This document shows positions 25,116-39,319 of a stretch of DNA of 64,000 bases, piece after piece (the first letter of the stretch is position 1; each line of letters starts with the position of its first letter). Made by a program: the position numbers and the translations under genes. The DNA comes from Octopus vulgaris (Eukaryota). The notes beneath the pieces are model-generated. The model was not told where the DNA came from and searched no databases. It saw only the letters and a list, made by a program, of their open reading frames with translations. Location of the stretch: the NCBI GenBank assembly GCA_951406725.2, contig OX597814.1:37200001-37264000 (forward strand). Direction: 5' to 3'.

Positions 25116-25934
25116 CGTGGGGTGTTCATTAAAGATTTCACCTGACTCACTTCTCAAGGACTGGGATAAAAGAAACTTCTCGTAATTCTTAGTCCTTCTC
25201 TACATAGCCACCACCAATGGTGACACACTTCTCCCATAATTTTATGCAGCTGTGAAAACCTCGTTTGTAGAAGTCGGTACGTTGCATCTGGAGCCAAGAG
25301 TTTACCTCGGTAACATCTTCATCATCATTTGCAAAGTGCTTCCCCTTCAAAAAGACTTCATGGTTGGAAAGAGGTGAAAGTCAGATGGTGCGATGTCGGG
25401 AGAGTAAAGGGGATGAGGAAAGATTTCTTGGCACATTAGCAAAAAAGTCAGAGGGCAAATGACACGTTCCTACTCCTGAAGAGGTGTGAGCGTGCGGGGA
25501 ATCTATCGTAGACAACTTCCCCATGTGCAAATGGTCGCGAACAATTTTTTTCCACGGACCATACACTTATCTTTACTTCTTGGGCTAATTGCCGAATAGT
25601 TACGTGGCGATCCTCCAAAAATGGCGGCTTCCTCTTTATGGATGGCGTCGTCTTTACTGGCGGAATGTAGTTGTCCAGGAATAGGCGCAGTTTCCATAGA
25701 TGTCCGACCATATATGAACTTCTTTCATCTCATGGAAAGTCTCATTTGGTGTACGGCCTTTCAAGTGTAAGAACCTGATCACTGATCTGCATTCAACTGC
25801 TTCAAGTATAACACAGTGGAAAGCTGCAATTTACAATGTGACATGTCGAAACGTGTCTGATTATACCTGTACAATCGCCGTTTCATGCAATAAGCGTAAG
25901 TGGGTTAGGGAAAAACTTTAATAATCACACCACA
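25116..25934 (-). mobile_element. Internally deleted mariner transposon
   Basis: Imperfect ~31-bp TIRs (cgtggggtgttcattaaagatttcacctgac / gttagggaaaaactttaataatcacaccaca, TA on the right). Minus strand gives HPLYSPDIAPSDFHLF and EDRHVTIRQLAQEVKIS. Confidence 0.9.
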
Positions 25935-26149
25935 TATATATGATAATCCAGATCTTTATTGACAAAGAAAAGCGAACAATAGTATACTCGATCTACATTC
26001 ACACATACATTCATACACACGCACACTCGCACGCAGGGATGCACACACACACATATATATATATATTAAGAAGTGTTGTATTCGGCAGGCAGCCTTATAA
26101 GTACATAGATACAGAGATTCATAGATAATGGATACATACATACATGCAT

Positions 26150-26210
<61 letters not shown>

Positions 26211-26212
<2 letters not shown>

Positions 26213-26678
26213 GTTATATTTCGGAATGGTCATATTGCCACTTTAGCCAATAAAAACACACGCACTATATATTTGGTATTATTTTGCTTCAATGTTATTT
26301 AATTTTTACATTAATCTTAATCTTATTTCGGCCAGAGTTCTTTCGTCACACTCTTGTGACCGCATCAGTAGTCCTTTGTTTTCTTCTTACTTATTTGTGT
26401 CTCTCCTTACTAACCGTCAGCCATTTTGTATTTCTATTGTATGTCTTCATTTGCGCATGCTTATATCTCTATGTGCGTCTATGTTTATTTAGTGTGTGTA
26501 TGTGGGAGGATGCCTGTAATATCTGTATCTTCTGTTTATATATGTTCATGGAATTTGTATTTTGTTTTTGTTGTTTTTGTTTATTCTTATTTTGTTCATG
26601 GGTTTACATCCACTTATTATTATCATTACATATGCTTGTATGTATGTATACTAGTAATAATAATAATAAATCGAATCG

Positions 26679-26719
<41 letters not shown>

Positions 26720-27255
26720 GTTATTTATTTCTATTAGTTTATTTATCTCTGGATTTATTGTTTTCAGGATCCTCTATCGTCATATGTTGTGGTGTGTGTT
26801 AGTGCTCCATTCTAGTTTTCTATTCAGGCTAGGTTTATTTTCTTTTTATGCGTGTAGCTTCTGTAATTTGTCTAATTGTTGCATCTGTTCTATGTGTGGA
26901 CAATATTTTAATTTCTATGTTATTGATTGATCCCCCGTGTTCCTGTTCGGCGTGTTGGTACAGAATCGATGAGCTTTTACCTTCCTTAAGTTGTCTCCAA
27001 TGTACGTTTACCCGCTCTCCTAAGCTTCTTGCCGTTTCCCCTACGTATGGAGTTGTCTTGTTACTGTATCGTCCCTCTATACATCTTATACTATAGACTG
27101 CATTTCTTGCTTTACAGTTTGTTTGTGGGCTAAATCTACATACAGTACAGTACTTATCCTTATAGGGGGTTCTACTAAAATGATAGGTTCTACTAATTAT
27201 AGATTTGATAGGGTTGCCTGGCTTTTCAACAACCTTAATTCTTAGCTTAAGTTTG
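26211..27255 (-). mobile_element. Penelope-like element (second family): GIY-YIG end plus pseudo-LTR
   Basis: Minus 27240-26800 reads ..CKARNAVYSIRC..PYVGETARSLGERVNVHWRQLKEG..HAEQEHGG..TIRQITEATRI; HHR downstream. Confidence 0.85.
26330..26374 (-). ncRNA. Type I hammerhead motif (A9 changed to C)
   Basis: GGACTA-CTGATGC-G-GTCACA/AGAG/TGTGAC-GAA-AGAACT-C-TGG: perfect 6-bp stem II. Confidence 0.65.
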
Positions 27256-27394
27256 TCAAACTTAAGCTAAGCACCATGACGTAATTCCCTGTGCCAGACG
27301 TTTGGAAACGTCATTCCGTACGCCCTTGTATTCGCGAGGGAAGCTCCAATCAGAATATTTTAGAGTGTTTGGGCGCCTATTGAGGACTGTTCTT

Positions 27395-27949
27395 GTACTG
27401 AGTGTTAAAATGAAACACCCAGTCAGCGTCATGGTGTTTGGGGTGATTACCAGTGATGGTGACTTTATTACCTCTAATCATCTTCCCACGCGGCCTCAGA
27501 CTCAACACGGAATCCTACATCAACACCTGGGTCACGAAGGTGGCTGTTGGAAGAGCCTATTTCGGGTCACATGACTCTTCCCATACTACAGGCAGGAGAA
27601 CCTAATCTTGGCTGTCAGACAATTTCTACGACCACATTATCCTTAACAACTGGTTGCCTAACTCCCCAGACTGTAACCGCTTTGTTTCTTATGCGCGAGC
27701 GATCACTAAAACAGCATGTAACACCAAAGATGAACTGAAAGTAAATTTTATGGCAGCATTCATCAATATAAACAAGGAGAACGTCCAGAAGAGTTGCAGG
27801 AGATTCCAAAGTCATCTGGAGTCCGTGGTTGAAGTCAACGGCGATCATTAGTATTTTTATAAATTTGGTATATTTATCTGCTACAATGAGATGTCAATAT
27901 TATTTTCATATTTGCGTAATCTAGACGACAGTTTATTCACCGCACCCTG
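27395..27949 (+). mobile_element. IS630/Tc1/mariner (maT/DD37D-like) transposase remnant with right TIR
   Basis: KHPVSVMVFGVITSDGD, WLPNSPDCN, ACNTKDELK..SCRRFQSHLESVVEVNGDH; ends ..ttattcaccgcaccctg|TA. Confidence 0.85.
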
Positions 27950-27950
27950 T

Positions 27951-27999
<49 letters not shown>

Positions 28000-28049
28000 T
28001 CGTACTGATAACTGACTACTGATAATTTCTTTTAAAGATTTTATCCTCA

Positions 28050-28271
28050 ATTGGTAGAAACGTTAGCACGCCGGGCGAAATTCGTAGCCGTATTTCGTCT
28101 GTCGTTACGTTCCGAGTTCAAATTCCGCCGAGGTCGACTTTGCCTTTCATCCTTTCGGGGTCGATAAATTAAGTACCAGTTACGCACTGGGGTAGATGTA
28201 GTCGACTTAATCCCTTTGTCTGTCCTTGTTTGTCCCCTCTGTGTTTGGCCCCTTGTGGGTAGTAAAGAAAT
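28050..28271 (+). mobile_element. tRNA-derived SINE, family 1
   Basis: ggtagaaacgttagcacgccgggcgaaa..gagttcaaattccgccgaggtcgactttgcctttcatcctttcggggtcgataaattaagtaccag..gggtagtaaagaaat. Confidence 0.9.
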
Positions 28272-30321
28272 ATATATATATATATATATACACACACATA
28301 CATGTGATGATGATATTGAACGAAGCTGACAATGGATTCTTTTGCCGTGAATGACAAATGAAGATTCGGTGCAATAAAGTGTTAATCATGTTCTATTCTG
28401 CTGGTGCAAATGGCAATTGAACAATTTAAGGACTCAGTTTTATTGAGTGCTTGTGTATCACTGACTATGAATTTTCATATGAATACCTAAGCAAATGTGC
28501 ATGTCTGCATGCATCTGTTTGTGTTGTGCTTTCAAACATTGCATGGCTTGAGTTGGAAGTGCCCTATCTTAACACACCAAGTGGCGTACATCCATGAAAC
28601 GAAGTGGAATTTATTCCTCCAAATACTTTTCAGAAGCATAAAGACAAGTGAAAAAGTGAGGAAGAAAAGAAGAATCTACATTAATATATAAGTTCGAGAG
28701 ACTAACAGGCAAACCTCTTTTGACGGGATTTGATGTGAGAAGCCTTCAAAAAGCCATCCGAAAAGTTGGTAAATCAGCCAAATCACGGTCTTCTCTCTAT
28801 GTTAGTGCTCTCATGGTATACAAAGACTGTATGGAACAACTAGTACTCTTGCTAGTCCAGATTATTGGCTACACGTTGAAAGTTGTTAATTTACTTATAA
28901 ACGTGTATGGGAAACATATGCATTAATTCATATATATTGCTGCATGGTGTATTTCACTAATGAAAAATTACAGTAAGTATGTAAACCATTGTATTAGGAC
29001 AAATGTAGTCGTGACAAGTGTCCCAGCGGTGCCAATGGCAATAAATATAAAATAGTATATTTGTAATCATTTCAATTAGTTTAATTTTAATTACTAGATT
29101 AAACGGTGAGATTACGTAGTGTCACATATAAATGTTAATTACTCAAGTTGATATTCAACTGTCTATTTAATGAATGGCATTAGAAACATTGCATTAATGA
29201 TAACTTGCATTACTCATATGCTCTTCACTAGATCTATCCGTAAATTATTTTCAGAATTAGGTTGCACAAATCTTTTCCGCGTTTTGGGTATACACATTTG
29301 AATCTATGGTTGTTACATTGTATTCTAAATCATTAGTATATCACACTGTAGTTATTTGATACCTGGTGAACTGAAAACCTAAATTTGTTGTAAGCAGAGA
29401 CAGTTGTATAACATTGACGATAATTTCTATGCGTGTTGTTCATTGGTTTAACTGCTTTCACGAGTACACCTCTACAGTCTCTCAAGATTAGTTTAGATAT
29501 ATGAGTAACTATATCAATGACACTTCAAGACAAAATAATTAATTAAGTCAGCATCTGACTTGCCAGTGAATAAAAGAACAACTCCTTTTGCTAATTCCAA
29601 CAGTAAATCCTAATTAATTTAGATTGATGATACTGATCAAGAAGAAAAAAATGCTATCTGATAGCTAAGTTAATACATGGCTCATTCTTTCAATTTGAAA
29701 TTTTCTTATTCTATGAAATCGTTTAGGACTATTTTAGGATGCTCTAGGTATTAACAGCTTTCGTTCATGCATCATACATTTCAAGCTTTGTTCAAAACAG
29801 CATACATTTTACTGGCATTTTAAACCAATTTGTAAATAGGTACTTAAATTAGCTTTAGGCACGACGGGGGAGAATGCGAACATAGACTATTCACATCACA
29901 AGTGTTCACCTGCGTTTGAAAGATTAGAAAACATAATAATAGGATCACTCATCTGGCGATTATGTGTGCCGAAATTTGTCAAAACTATTCATTGTCGTTA
30001 TGTCAGATGTGATGAATGATTGAGGAGAGGAACTATTGGATGTTATTAGATAATTTATAGACAGTAACAATGTATGAATTGAAATAGTTCTTATGGACAT
30101 CGTTCAGCGAAAACGAAATAAGTGTGAAGGAGTACAAGACTAGAAGAAAAAGCATGACAAATAACTGTTAAAAGGAAAATAGATATTTATCAAAATTATT
30201 CAGTTTCTATACGAATAAAGTAGAATGAATTATTTATGATTTTAATCTTCATCGATTGATCACAGTTGTGTGGAAATTGTAATTTGTGTAAAGATATGCA
30301 TATGAATGTATATGCGATCAG

Positions 30322-30324
30322 CTA

Positions 30325-30394
<70 letters not shown>

Positions 30395-30431
30395 ATGTGT
30401 GTGTGTAGTGTATATATATGTATATATAGCG

Positions 30432-30465
<34 letters not shown>

Positions 30466-30503
30466 CATATACATACGTATATACATATATATATAGACAT
30501 ATG

Positions 30504-30537
<34 letters not shown>

Positions 30538-30575
30538 CATATACATACGTATATACATATATATAGACATATATG

Positions 30576-30630
<55 letters not shown>
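30322..30630. repeat. Compound (TA)n microsatellite with ~70-bp higher-order duplication
   Basis: Unit ..atttatatatatacatatacatacgtatatacatatatatagacatat occurs twice. Confidence 0.9.
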
Positions 30631-30632
<2 letters not shown>

Positions 30633-31819
30633 TATATCTTATCCATATATAATTATTCATTTGTAGCAACGCATTTCATTCTCTTGTTAATTAATTACGC
30701 ATTGAAGCATTAACGGGATAATCTTACCATGTCCGAAGCAACAACTATAATTATTCTTTAGTCTCTTTAGTTTCACAGTCTTATTCAATCTTAATATATC
30801 GCCGCTTTGCAATGGAGTTGGATATATCTCGTGAAACTATTGTTAACTTATATTAAACGAATATTGATATTTTAATGATTTCTCTATTATTGTAAATATC
30901 TACATACAATCTGTCTTTCTTTCCTTCTCCTTCACTATCTCTATCTTTCATTCTTTCCTTTTCATTATCTCCCCCCTTTACTTCATATATCTGTCAAAGT
31001 ATTATTTAAAATTTTTCTCGATATATATATATGTATAAGTAGATTAATATATATCATCATTTTCTGTCCGATTCGTTTACAAAATTTACTGTGCATCTAT
31101 ATATCAAAACGCAAATTTCAATTTCCTCTTCAATTTTCTTAAATATCATAATGAAATATGTTTCGCATTTAGATATGGGTTCTTCCACTCTAAACATAGA
31201 CCTATATAGGTTACCTCTCAATGTTAAAATTCATTTTTCCATGATCTGTTTAATTGTGATATTCTTAAAATTAATTTTAAACTTCCTTGAAATCTCTATC
31301 TATTCTTACATAAAAAAATGGTCAATGAAATAGAATTAAGAATAAATTAATACAATCACTGTGATGGAGCAACTTCATTATTGTGCTCTAGTGAGGATAG
31401 TATTAACACGATTTAAACAGATGCTATCGGAAATAACTATTAAAGGTAATATTAAGGATGTAAAAAGAAGTTCTGAAGACATTATTTTGACTCCAGAATC
31501 AAAGGTTTATCTGATCATAAAAGGAATTGGGCATATGAATTAAAACACAGAAAGAACATTCTTAATGTATAACTGTAAGCATTTCTCTTTAGAAAAGCAT
31601 TTCGTTGAAAGTTATCTTGTTCTACCAAACATAGATAAAATATGCATATCAGTTAACTACAAATGTCAAACCTCTACAGTATCTAGCTCTCCGAACTTGT
31701 AAGCACATCACCTTACTATTCGAATAACTTTTGACCAAATGACTAATTCACTATAACATGAACAATAACACATTTGCGCAAACACACACGTATGTGCGTG
31801 CGTGTATACATAGCACAAA

Positions 31820-32250
31820 ATGGCCAGTGATAGTTGACCTGTTTCCCGAACATCTCAGGGACATTAAACTCGGCAAATATATGTCCGTCTCCCTCCAATT
31901 TCAATCGACCTGTCATTCCTTAAAACATTTGTATGTGTTAAGACTGACCATGTACAGAGATCACCTGCATTCCCACCTCCTTCAAGAGAAGGAAGTTATC
32001 TTCTCCCTCTATTTTTAACCTCGCTCCATCTAAATCTAACTCCACGTTTATTTGCATATAATACGCACCTCCCACATTCCACTCTCCTTCCTCCTCCGAC
32101 ACCTACACACCTTCTCTTCACTGTTATACACATTACCTACAACACGCGCACTATTCTGCCCCTACAGCATATACATACATATAAATACATCCCTTACGCC
32201 TCCGCCCTGGTCGACCTACATACATACCCCTACAGTACATATATACATCA
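31820..32250 (+). mobile_element. Decayed Penelope-like GIY-YIG C-terminus (third family)
   Basis: DLFPEHLRDIKLGKYMSVSLQFQSTCHSLKHL..LLQEKEVIFSL matches the PLE pattern R-F-x-E-H-L-R-D-I..H-F..E-x-x-L-I. Confidence 0.65.
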
Positions 32251-32300
32251 GATAGCTTCACATACAAGCGCCTTCAAACGCATACACACACACAGAAAAT

Positions 32301-32335
<35 letters not shown>

Positions 32336-33757
32336 CGTACATTCATACATACACACATTTATATATATGTATAATTATGTATGTATCTATGAATACATAT
32401 ATAAATATATCAAAATTAAAATAAATATATGTTTGTTTATCTACGTAACTCTCCATTCACCATTGAAACCTTATCTTAATGCTTTCATAGTTCTATCTGG
32501 GTTCAATAATGTCATTTCAGCAAGCAGAATTAAGAATTACAAAATCCTCAAATTTATTGTAGACTTTCTTTAAGTATTTTAATTAAGGTTGTGTATAGAT
32601 TTTTGTACCGTTACGTGGCTCTGTTCTGCACAATTAACTATGTTTGGCATGTGTCTACTATAGTATCGAGTCGACAGAAAACTTGTGTATGAAATTATGT
32701 ACACAGAAAATGCGTGGATGTTCGACAGGTGATTCGTATGTATCAGTGAAAGGTCGATCCGTATCACGTATTACACTAGGCTTTTGCAAATTCAGAATTA
32801 TAGGAAAAGTATACAAGTCTACAGAATACTCCGTGGAATATATTTCAATTTAACGTTTACTTACTTCTGCTAACAAATTAATTTAGTTTCCCATTTAGAA
32901 ACTAACGTCTTACTTGACAATTCATTTTGTTTTGGATATTTCATGAGAGGTTAGATACTAGTGAATAAAACTTTCCTTTGTTTATCAGCAATATTATTGA
33001 AATTCGCACATATCTACCTTATGTATGTATTAGAAGTACTATGATAAACGTCTTTCATAGCATTCTCAATCTGCTTGTCAAATTTTATATATTGCAGTAT
33101 ATTTCAAAATTTTAATGAGCTTGCCATTCAAATCTTATGAAAACCTAAGGGATTATTTCAAATATAGTGATATGTTTTAGAGGTCAAAACAGATGTTAGA
33201 ATGTAATTCAGTGATGTTAGAATATATTCAAAAAATTGATGGATAATATAGTATTTCTAATTATCTGTCGGTATATTTGAGTGAAATATATTTCACTAGA
33301 AAATTTGATATGAATGAAGTTTGAATACAGAATTATTTTTATGATATACGTCTAATGATTTTCTTTCTTTATAAATGTGCAATATTTTAACCTGTATTCT
33401 CTAGCAGAAAAGTGTATTGAATATGTTGTCAAATTTATTTACGTTTTGATATTTTTGTGTATGTGTCCATTTGTGTCTTACGTGAAATTCGGACATAAAT
33501 TTTCGAAACTTTCTTTAATTTTAGCTAACTACAAATATATATATATATATATATGTATCAGTACATACAACAGCTATCATGATTAAACAACATATTTCTC
33601 TAAGAAAAACAGAGTCCTAACCGTGAAAACTCCTGTTATTCAATATTTTGTAAGCTGCTCTTAGAACGAAATTGCACAATGATATTGTAATACTGATTTT
33701 AACTTTATCTCAGATCAATATCTTGCATAATATATGCGTTTACATACATACATAAAA

Positions 33758-33895
33758 TTTTGTGTGCATCTTTTCCATTGTAAGATTTAAGAGTCCGTTT
33801 CATTATGAATATATACACGGAAGTGCGTTGTAATATCATAAAAAACAGTGAGATATCCCTTGATGCATATATATATACATACATATACATACATA

Positions 33896-33955
<60 letters not shown>

Positions 33956-34042
33956 ATCAAGGGATGGTTTTTATGATATTACAAGGCACTTTCATAATGA
34001 AACGGATACTTAAATTTTACAATCGAAAAGATGCGCACAAAC
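33758..34042. repeat. Inverted repeat (~90-110-bp arms) enclosing a (TA)/(TG) microsatellite
   Basis: tttgtgtgcatcttttc..tccgtttcattatgaa..atcccttgatgca versus tgcatcaagggat..ttcataatgaaacgga..gaaaagatgcgcacaaa. Confidence 0.85.
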
Positions 34043-34919
34043 TTTTAACCGATTCCGAATGCATGGCTTGCATTGCTGCAGCATACTCTGTGTGAGCGGG
34101 ATAAATTCTATATGCATTGTCCGAATGAAACAGAAAATGAATGAACCTGTCCTCGAATTATTTATCTTGAGAAAAACACATCAGTATGAACTTAAATAGC
34201 CTTCACTTGTGGCTTATCTTTATATTGACGTGAAGCAAGCTTTAGTGAATATACGATGTATACAGCTATGAGCGGAAGCATTTGACTATGTCCAAGCACT
34301 AATTTTAGGAGGAAAGAGCGGTTGCACTTTCTATGATAGATGGTTATGACGGCAGACGTTCTGCTGTGAACGAAGATGAGACGTCTTAAGGCACCACTGC
34401 AACTTGTGTAAACTCCTTTCAAGGGGAAGTCAACGTTAGGTAGTGGGGTAGATTTAGGAATGCTGGATGAATGTGCAAAATCCACGTAGTTAAATGTGCC
34501 CACATTAACCATGCAGTTGTAGGATAGTGGTAAGCTTTTGCATCATTCAATTGTCTAGGATTGTGGTAAGCTTTTGGAATATTCAATTTCCTGCAATATG
34601 CAGTTTCAGCGAATCGATTCACGTATATACAGTAACCAAAGTTGGGGAACCTCATTTTTCTTAACCTTTACCTCTATTTATTATCACATTTTTTTTAACG
34701 TGGTCTAATTATAATTAATGACATAAAACTTTCACTTAATATAAATTTTCGAGATGGCATGGGTAGGTTGCCTCCGCTGTCAGCATGTGTTTATGCATCT
34801 GCGCTCTTTCTACATAATTAAGAGTATTCTAACTCTTATTTCTAGTAATGTAGGTGCGTCGGCACTGTTAGTCACAGTTAGTAACGGTTGTATATATATG
34901 TGTGTGTGTGTGTGTGTGT

Positions 34920-35030
34920 GCATCTTTATGTCTGTCTTTGTTCCCTGCCACCACTGAACCACTGGCGTTTGTGGGTTTACGTACCCGTAACTTATTGGTA
35001 CGTCAAAAGAAACCGATGAGTAGGTACAAG
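34920..35030 (+). mobile_element. Degenerate SINE 3' module
   Basis: gtctgtctttgttccc..gtttacgtacccgtaactta..caaaagaaaccgat is the reverse complement of the 18855-19040 type. Confidence 0.55.
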
Positions 35031-35040
35031 GATTGAAACT

Positions 35041-35775
35041 TTAAAAAAGTAGGGAAGTAATTTTGGAAACCATGGTCAGCTAAATTATTTCTGTGAACAC
35101 CACAATTTCAAAACCTACGTGAATCAGATATATAAACAGTAGTAGCATCGAATGCTCTCTATTTCTGAAGTGGACAAAAATAGTACTAAGGAAACGAGAG
35201 AGAAATAGGATGCTGTCTGCAAGGCACAGTATCAAAATTTATTTAACTAATTATCAGGAATTCATATAAGGACAAAACATTCAACCGAACTACTAAGAAC
35301 TAGTAATAAGGAATTATAAATAAACTCTATCGGGGCAACAGTAAGACTGCGACTACACTATAAAAATAGTTGTCATTGGCACAGATGCAATACTAACGGC
35401 AAGATATGATTCTTAAATAGGCTGGTAGAATAAATTACACAAGTGCTATATGAAGAACAAAGTCTAATTCAAGAACATTTGAGAACATTAAACAGTCATA
35501 AGGAATACTCTACTTTCAAAAAAATGTACAGCGGCAAATCTGGATTATCTAAATACTTGCTCCATATAGTAGAACTATTCGCACCTACTTCATTTCACAA
35601 GCTTGTGTGTAAACAAGGAAAATACATAATGGATATCGCAACTCAAAAATATTGAACCCGTAATAAAAATAGTTTAGCCACTCCTGCAATGTTGTGGTCT
35701 ACAGCTCTGATCATTGCATTCTGTAGTCATACTTGACTCTATCCCTAGGTGTACAGCGTTTATTTTATAATAATA
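35041..35775 (+). pseudogene. Decayed coding-like island of unknown origin, TpA-rich
   Basis: One frame, 245 codons, about 12 stops, includes ORF 35443-35655; interrupted at the end by a Helitron. Confidence 0.3.
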
Positions 35776-36146
35776 CTAGCAGTATCGCCCGGCGTTGCTC
35801 GGGTTTGTAAGGGAAATAACTATAAAGCATTTTTAGAGTTATAGCCCAAAAATGGAAAAAAAATTATGGTAATTTTTTTTTTTTAGTTAAAAAGGTCCAG
35901 TTGCGTCCCCTAGACAGTCTGTGGTTTGTGTTTCTGATTCTCGACCCCATGTCGAATTTATCGATTTTTTTCCAGAACGGGGGGAACTTTTCAAAATTTT
36001 CGCTGCGTTAGGTTTGAATTATGACATTGGGCTATGTGTGTGTCAAGTTTCATCAGAATCGGTTGAAAGCCGTGGTCAGGGTGAGGGTACAACCTAACAG
36101 ACACACAGAAACACACACAGACAAACTGCCTTTATATATAGAGAGA
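35776..36146 (-). mobile_element. Non-autonomous Helitron, complete
   Basis: Minus strand: A|TCTCTCTATATATAAA..., subterminal hairpin CCCGAGCAACGCCGGG, ends CTAG|T; no TSD. Confidence 0.9.
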
Positions 36147-39100
36147 TTGGAGAACCTTCTTACTGTTTGCTTTGTTAGCATTTATAAAATATGATGTAAA
36201 TGATTTAATGCTACACTTGAGGTGTTTTATAACAGTAATGAATGCACTTCTGAATTATTTCTTATTAATATATGACTGCGTGAATTGTTTACGCTTTCCA
36301 TAATCTCATGGTCTCTTTAGTTACTTATATTGTGATTTTGCTATAGGAGTGTATGCTATTCTTTAATGCATACTATATGTAATATTTGATTCTTCGAAGA
36401 CTTACCTAGTTTAATTTGAACACGGGAAAGCTGCATCATGTTTCATTAACTATTATAGTATTCACTCCCATAGTAGCCTTGTGAAAGTTTGATATACTTC
36501 TCTGTATTGAATTAGAAATATTTTGTTGAATTTCTGCATGCTCATTTAACGTTTCTTTGAGAATAATTTTGTCGGGGATGTCTAATGAACATGTGCTATT
36601 GCAATCATTGATAAATATTTAGGTGTATCTCCTAATTGTTGGTTAATTTTTTCACATAGCAACTTATTACAATGGCCATATGAACACAAAATATCCGCAA
36701 GCCTTTTTATTCCAGCATTAACGATCAAACTTCCAAAATTGTGACAATCATCATTAGTAACTTCTGCAATGGCAACAAAATTACAGCTATCGTCATCATC
36801 AAGCTCGTAAGTGTATACTTCATCATTACATCTACTTCATCATTGCTATCACATGCAACATAATGAAATGTGCATGCTCCTAATGATCAACCTAGTCATT
36901 ATCGATATTACTGCTATAAAACTTTTCCACGGATATATTTATTGATTTTGATGCTTGTGATTAGTTCAAATATACACAGGCTTTTTGACATGTATGCAAA
37001 CAGATTATGCTACTCAACAGTGACAATGTTAGTAGATGGCTTCTTGACCAGATTGAAATAGCAACCAAAGAAAGTACACTTTAGATATTTGAAAATATGA
37101 AACTGCTTTGGCAAAATCGGCCCTCATAGAGGTCGACAACAGCTCCCATCCACTATTGTTATACCTTCTACTATATCTCAGTAGAATATGATGAGTAACT
37201 CCCCACCGATCACATTCTCCAGCTCAGAAATTGAAGTAAGCGTCCAACAAGATTTCATGAAGGAAGAATTATACGTAAGAAAAAAAAAAGAGAAGAGCTG
37301 CCGAAAAGGTTTCGAATGTACTTCATTATTGACACCGTTGTTTCCTAAAATATTCAGATAAACCACTTTCATAGAGCAGCAGGTCATAGTCATACACATC
37401 GCGAGTTTTTTCATTGCCGAAACTTACTGGTCACAGAAATACCGTCTGAGATATGGGAGTTGTCCCTTCTGCAGCCAGCGGAGAGGCACGTGCTATATTT
37501 TAGTCAGATAGTATTTGGAACAAGGGACAACAATATGAGGCTGCTGTACACCACGACGCAATGTGGAAACAAATGTCTACACCGAGCTAATTCAAAATAT
37601 CCATTGCAAATCCAGAAAAATCACACGTCATCGAATGCTTACGCTGGAGTTAAATATATGCTCATAATTTACCATAATCCGTAGCCATTAACCTGTGGAA
37701 AACAACGTTAGCGTTTGGCACTTATCAGCTTCAAATACCGCACCATTAAAAAGAAGACGAGTAAACGATTGACCCGTCCCCGGTATGTAATGTGTTGCAT
37801 TGTCTATGTGTTGTAACTTGCGACTCTATAAATTTCTAATATCTCAAGAAAGAAAAGCCACGAATGCTACATCCTTGGTGAAAACAGTTTTTTTTTCCTG
37901 TATCGAACACATTTAAATTTCTTTACAATGTTCTTGTATTAGGCATCATTATGATGTGCATATATTTATACACCTTTTGATGAGTAGTTTTTGACTACGT
38001 TGGTATGTACCGCCGATGAGTGAAACAGCAGGAAAAATAAGGTGAAAGAGAAACAAAAAATCAATGCCCTCATTAATGTCCTTTGTGCCGTCCCAAATAT
38101 ATAGATATGTTACAGCATGTAACCGATGGGTTAGCGTAGCGCGTGTTTCTATCGGAATATAATGGAACGTGTGATTTGCGACGTTTCTGATATTCAATAA
38201 GGCCTCTCTTGACAACATTCTTACAGAAAGAGATTTTTTCCTGTAAATAGTGGGCCCTACGGAATATATGGACCCATTTCAATTTTTTTCCAGGTAGATC
38301 TCAAGAGAAAAGGATGACTGAAAAGTCATTCGTTGTGTGATTTTACTCTTCATTATCCTGCTTGTTGAAATACGCGTGTATATTTTATTGCCACCGTATT
38401 TGTTACTATTTTTCGTCAAGTCGTTGAATTGCTAAAAAGTATGATATTTGACAGAAAATCATTATTTTTTTCTTATGAAATAAATATGATGTGCTCAGGT
38501 ATAGAATTTATTTTGTATCTTTTTTCTGTCTACTGTCTGTAAAATCTCGTTTAGTTTCATTCGAACATTTTCATTATAGCTACTTTGCTTACGAAAAGTA
38601 TAAAACTATTTTTTGTCAGAAAATTTAATTCTTTCTTTTTTTTTTGCCAACCAGGGAAAGAATTACTGCAAACAATTAAATACTTACTTCTCTCTTTAGA
38701 AGTTGAGTATTAGAAAAAAATAGAAAATAGAAAAAAAAAACAACTAATCTTGCACTATGTAATTATGTTTCATAATAATCCTCGATACGAAAGAGCTGAA
38801 AGAAACAGACCGAAATTAAAAACAAAATTAAATTAAAAGATTAATAAATGATTTTATTGGCGACATGTGGCCGTGATACTGTGTTTTATAAGAAGGAAGG
38901 GAGAGAAATAATGCATTTGTCTAAAGGACTAATGATTCTGCAAAAGAACCACCTGATATTCGTTTTTAATTTAGCTTGAAGGCCAGCATACTTTTAGCTA
39001 TTTATTGGTTTATATTTAATTGGATGTAAATGAAATTTCATATTTTATCAAGCTATTAGCTACTGAACTTAATACTATTGAAACAACTCTGTTAAATATT

Positions 39101-39319
39101 AGCTAGTTAGAAATATATGAAGGATTTGTAGCATATATACATAGGCACACACACACCTCAACGCACGCACTCACACACATTTATAAATATAGATATACGC
39201 ATGTGTGTGAGTGTGAGTATGTTATACTGCTTACACTATTGTACGCCTGCGAGGCATGGACGGTTTACGAAAGCCACATTAAAAAGCTAAACTATTTCTA
39301 CATGAATCTGGTTGGGAAA

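Noticed and set aside
26284-26802. 172-aa hydrophobic ORF
   Set aside because: Antisense reading of a T-rich PLE pseudo-LTR plus microsatellite.
28390-28860. Possible SWIM-finger DNA-transposon remnant
   Set aside because: Only a vague resemblance; no continuous motif could be read.
34515-34592. C2H2 zinc-finger-like CGK motifs
   Set aside because: This is a 36-bp tandem duplication, not the 84-bp finger period, and it lacks the His pair.
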